From assembly GCA_045837725.1 (NCBI GenBank), contig JBEWZL010000219.1, positions 62,001 through 126,000 of the forward strand: a stretch of 64,000 nucleotides of DNA, in the 5' to 3' direction. Numbering within the stretch: the stretch's first letter is position 1; the number at the start of each line of letters is the position of its first letter. Shown here piece after piece: positions 59,728 through 64,000 of the stretch. The DNA is from Vermamoeba vermiformis. Taxonomy: Eukaryota. The notes beneath the pieces are model-generated. The model was not told the DNA's origin and did not search any database. It saw only the letters and a list, made by a program, of their open reading frames with translations. The position numbers and the translations under genes were made by a program.

Positions 59728-62697
59728 ATGGAACACAATATTAAGGAGGCGTTGTCGAATGTTGAACTCGCCTTGCTCACATCCGATCCAAAGCTGATCG
59801 CGGATCTGTCAGTCGAAGAAGGTAACTAAGCGATTAATTATTATGTCATAATTAATTAATATATTGTGTACGTTGTACCAAGGAGATACGAGTAGTTGAA
59901 CACGCTTGATAATTAAAATAATATTCGAATATTTATATTTTGAAATTCCTAACCTCTCTATGACCCATATTAATTCATATTTAACAGCACATAGACATAT
60001 AATAGAGATTGCGAATAAAATCATCGCGGGTGACTTCGCGGATGTGCTGAGAATGCCAGTAGTCTCGAAGATTATGAAAGAGTTTACGCAGAATGTTGAC
60101 GGCACGAGTGAACGCGATGCCTATGAATATATTAATGACAATATAGAGGACTACCTCTCGGGACTCAGTTCAGCTACTCGCGGATCTGATCAGCTGATCG
60201 TGATGATGATCGGTGTCGTTAATCTGCTCGTGTTCATTCAAGCTAATTGGACTGGGCCTATTGTTAAAGACGTCGAGCCTATTGTACGTACTATACACGC
60301 ATTAATAAGCTTTTATTAGTCCTACTGTAGCAGTACTGATGCATCGTGACAGCTGGCAGATTATCCAGCTGAACATTCACTGCGCGAGCTCGCAGTCGAT
60401 GGCGAGGTCATATATAAGAAGCTGTCCTATTTGCAACAGTTGCAGCTCGCACGCGCCATTTTGATTAACAACGGCGATCAGCTCTCAACTTGCGCGGTGA
60501 GTACTCATAGTAGTACTAGTGTCTGTAATTACGATGCACTAACACGCACTAGTCGCGCTCGTGGTGGACAGCACGTGTCGCACTGATGCAGCAACACGTC
60601 ATGTCAGGGCCCTGTGACACTCTGCGCCGCGTGTCAGATGTCAACTTGTCCAAGGCCGAGTACATGTTGCAGCACTGGCCCGTCAGTCCTGAGCGCGCTC
60701 TGTTCACTGAACTGCGTGCTCGTCTCTTCCTCGAACACGGACGATTGATGTTCATGGTGGGTGACACGACCAAAGCACGTGACTATTACAATCAAGCACG
60801 TGACTTGACTGGTCTTGTCGCGGAGCTCAGTGGTGTGCACGGCAAACGAACGCGCTTTCAAGGTACGTGTTTGACACGTGTCAAAGAGAGGACACTAAGT
60901 GACATGTCAAACAGAGTTCACAACACCGCAACTTGTCGTCTTGGCAACATCAGAAGTGTCAAAAGTGTCAATGAGTGGCTCGGACCAACAGTCAGTTGAC
61001 AGCACCAAGAAGTTGCCCATCGATGTGCCACACGACCACGAAGTCTTGTTGCCCCGCACTGACTTCAGCAAAGCAGATCCCGAGATCAAAACACAAATGG
61101 AACAGAATCTGGCCGTGATCGATCAGTGCATATTACTCGCCATTATTATGGACCTCAAGTCCACCAATCCGCGCGAAGAACTGACCGCCGAACAAATGAG
61201 CGCGTACGTCAATCGCTTGGTGCTCAATCCCAACAACTGGATGGTCCACAGCACCGTGTTGTTGCTGCGCTCGCGCATTGAAGCAGACAAGTCCAAGACC
61301 ATGGACCGCGCAGTGCTGCAGCTGCAATCACTCGTCGATCAGTACAACGCTGAAGATCAGCTGCACTACTCAGCGGCGCAACGCATCAATTACATCTACT
61401 CGCTGCCTTATCCGCCCTGCTACAAGCTCAAGCGTGAATTGGCCCTGGAATATCTCAAATTAGGCCTCGCAAAATCAGCGCTGCAACTGTTCGAAGAGCT
61501 CGAGCTGTGGAGCGAGATCATTCAGTGCTACCAAGTGATTGGCGATCAGCTCAAGGGCCAGCAAGTCATTCAAACGCAACTCGAACAGCTGCGTGCCAAG
61601 CGTGACAGTGCAATACCGAGCACGCGTCGCGGGGACCAGACTGAGGCTGAGCTGTTGTGTCTGATGGGTGACTTGACAGGTGTCAAAGACTGGTACGAAC
61701 AGTCTTGGGACGCGTCACGACAGAGCTACGCACGTGCCAAGCGTCAGCTCGGTCATTGGTGGGTCAAACAGGGCAAGTTCGAGGAGGCTATCCCGCACTT
61801 TGAAGCAGCACTCAAAATCAATCCGCAATATCCCTCGATTTGGTTCACGTGAGTACTTTTATTGCCTAATTTGGTAAAATCGACTGACTGGCGGCTAGAA
61901 TGGGATTCTGTTGCATGCACCTCGGCAAGTTAGAGCTGGCACAGATCTGTTTCACACGTGTCGTGGGTCTGCATCCTGAAGTGAGTGCAGGATGGAAAAA
62001 TAAGACCTTAAATAACTAATACTGTGTCTCATAGGACGGCGAGTCATGGAACAACTTGGCAGCAGTGTGTCTGAAGCTGAAGAAGTACAAAGAGGCCTAC
62101 AGTGCACTGCGCGAGGCCCTCAAGTACAAGAACGACAGCTATCGCATCTGGGAGAACTACATGTTTGTCTCGCTCAAGATCAATCAGCTGCAAGATGCTA
62201 TTTACGCTTATCAACGCGTGCTCGATCAGATTGAGAAGCACGTGGACCACGAAGTACTGTCCTATTTAGTCGACAATGTGTGCGATGAAGTGCAGAGCAA
62301 TCCCGGCGAGACATCAAAATTCCTCGAAAAACAGCTGGCCGAGCTGTTCGGACGATTGACGAGTCAAGTGTCAACCGATCCAGAGCTCTGGGGCATCTAT
62401 CAGTCCTTCCACAAGCGCATGGGACGTGCGCAGAAGGCTCTTGACTTGCGCTGGAAACAACTGCGCAGTGCACAGAGCGCTGGCTGGGAGCAGAACGAGG
62501 ACGCATTCACGCGTGTCGTGCGCGTGTGTGAAGAATTGGTGGAAGAACTGATCAGCGCGGGGGACAAATCTGGTGCGTATTCACTGAAACTCAATCTGAG
62601 CAGTGCTGTCAAGAAGTGTCGTGCGGCCTTTGAACAACACGCTGACTTCACTACCCTCACTGCGCTATTGGCTCGCATTGAACAGTTTGCGGGCTAG
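59728..62697 (+). CDS. TTC27: Tetratricopeptide repeat protein 27 (Emw1 family); multi-exon
   Basis: FIQANWTGP, LAVDGE, LSGVHGKRTRFQ, NWMVHSTVLLLRSRIE, RAVLQLQSLVDQ, ESWNNLA, WENY. Confidence 0.92.
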
Positions 62698-62811
62698 TGC
62701 AGATCTGCTGTCACATTTTGAATGCTATAAATAGCTGCGAATTCCATGTAATTACACATCATAAGTGCGTTCTTTAAGTCCTATTTACATCGTGTTACAG
62801 TCCCTCGGCGC

Positions 62812-63832
62812 CTAGTTTAACTTCTTGTAGCGCAGCAAGATGTTCTCGCTCACCACTGTGCGCCACAACACGACACCGATCACGAGCACCACGCCCAGAA
62901 TGCTGAACAGTGCCGCGTAACAGCTGCCACCTGCCTCATTCAACAGCGTCTGTCACGTGTCAGTAGCTGTCAGTCATCGAATGACACGTGTCACTTACCA
63001 GGTACGAGGCCGTCAAGTGCGCGAGGACCACAAATGCCACGCGCCACCAGACACGACGCGTGTAGGCATCGAATGCGAGCACTGAGAGCGCCATGTGCAG
63101 CAGCGTGAAGAGCAGCGCGGTGAATGCAGACACGTAGAACAGCGACCACGAGGGACAGGCGGGGGCGGGCAAGAATCCTGGGCCTGAGCCGTGCCAGACA
63201 ACACTCGCGAACAAGATGAGTGCGCTCGATGTGCCAATGCCCCAACCAATCGCTGTGCGGGGGTGAGTGGATGTGGCTCGTTGCTGAACAGTAGCACTTA
63301 CCGAGCGAGGCTAAGAAGTTGGAGGGCTTCGAGGGGTCATTGGCGAGTGCACCGCGATTGTAGGCCTTGCTGCATATGAAGGGTGAGTGACTAGTGGCAG
63401 CAGATGTGTTATCAGAACGTACTCGTAAATGAGCCAGAAGAGCCAGCGAAACACTTCTTGGAATAGGACTGAGAAGGGTATAATAAAGGCATAGGTCGTC
63501 TTCAAGGGCGGTATGATGTACCAGAACATGGAGGACAGCAGTATCGAGATGAGCCAGAAAAATGCACTAATATTTAAATACAGCTATTATATTGTTGTAC
63601 ATATCAAATAGTAGTGTATGATTCAGCGGTGTAATCGACGTATTATTGCGCAATTTTAAATATTTTTCGAAATTGAATATTGTTACTATAAATATGTCTG
63701 CATATATAATAGGTGTTACCTGCCGAGAGATAAAATTACGAGCTGAGAGCTGCGCGTGATAATTAATATGAACAGTGCGAGGGCGGGACTGAATGTGATC
63801 AACAATGAACCTGCTAGCAGCACGAGTGTCAT
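62812..63832 (-). CDS. APH1: Gamma-secretase subunit APH-1; multi-exon
   Basis: LITFSPALALF, SAFFWLISILLSS, SVLFQEVFRW, GPG, LLH, HLTAS; seven hydrophobic segments. Confidence 0.92.
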
Positions 63833-64000
63833 GGCTGATGTAGCTGTATATAAGGTGCTATATTAATATATTCACTAGAGTCGTATTGTACAATGCAGCT
63901 CTGTCTTGCTCGCTGCAGAATAACAAAATAATCACTGGCAACACCAGTAGCTGTACTACAATAGGACCCTATAATAGTTAGTGCTTGCTATTGTATGGTC

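Overview
This window is gene-dense eukaryotic nuclear DNA, not prokaryotic. It holds about 30 protein-coding genes split by GT-AG introns (typically ~45-60 nt, longer and AT-rich near gene 5' ends, plus two clear GC-AG introns), with intergenic gaps as short as ~120-140 bp. The gene set includes cycloeucalenol cycloisomerase CPI1, Arpin, a stand-alone AbcH/MacB-type ABC ATPase, APH-1, a fimbrin-type actin-binding protein and a giant-virus-type F-box/ankyrin protein; this points to a free-living amoeba, probably Amoebozoa (inference). Other recognisable genes: UTP25, a GH141-like beta-helix protein, an SLC17-type MFS transporter, RABL3, a LIN54/tesmin CRC protein, a 7TM receptor-like protein, a PX-PH-IRE/MAST-type AGC kinase, PIG-S, HSP20, PGAP2, an RNA ligase, GNA1, an aldo-keto reductase, mL41, PP2C and TTC27. 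No tRNA, rRNA, CRISPR array or transposase was seen. The most notable unexplained signals are: a perfect 12-bp palindrome TGACACGTGTCA recurring in introns of six unrelated genes; a second GATC-based intronic motif class; a tandem pair of tiny Asn/Thr-rich peptide genes ending in YNTYY that flank a GC-rich structured island; and an F-box fused to an importin-5-like HEAT body. Several single-base frameshifts suggest residual assembly indel errors. Exon structures were reconstructed by eye and family calls are from recalled motifs, not database searches.
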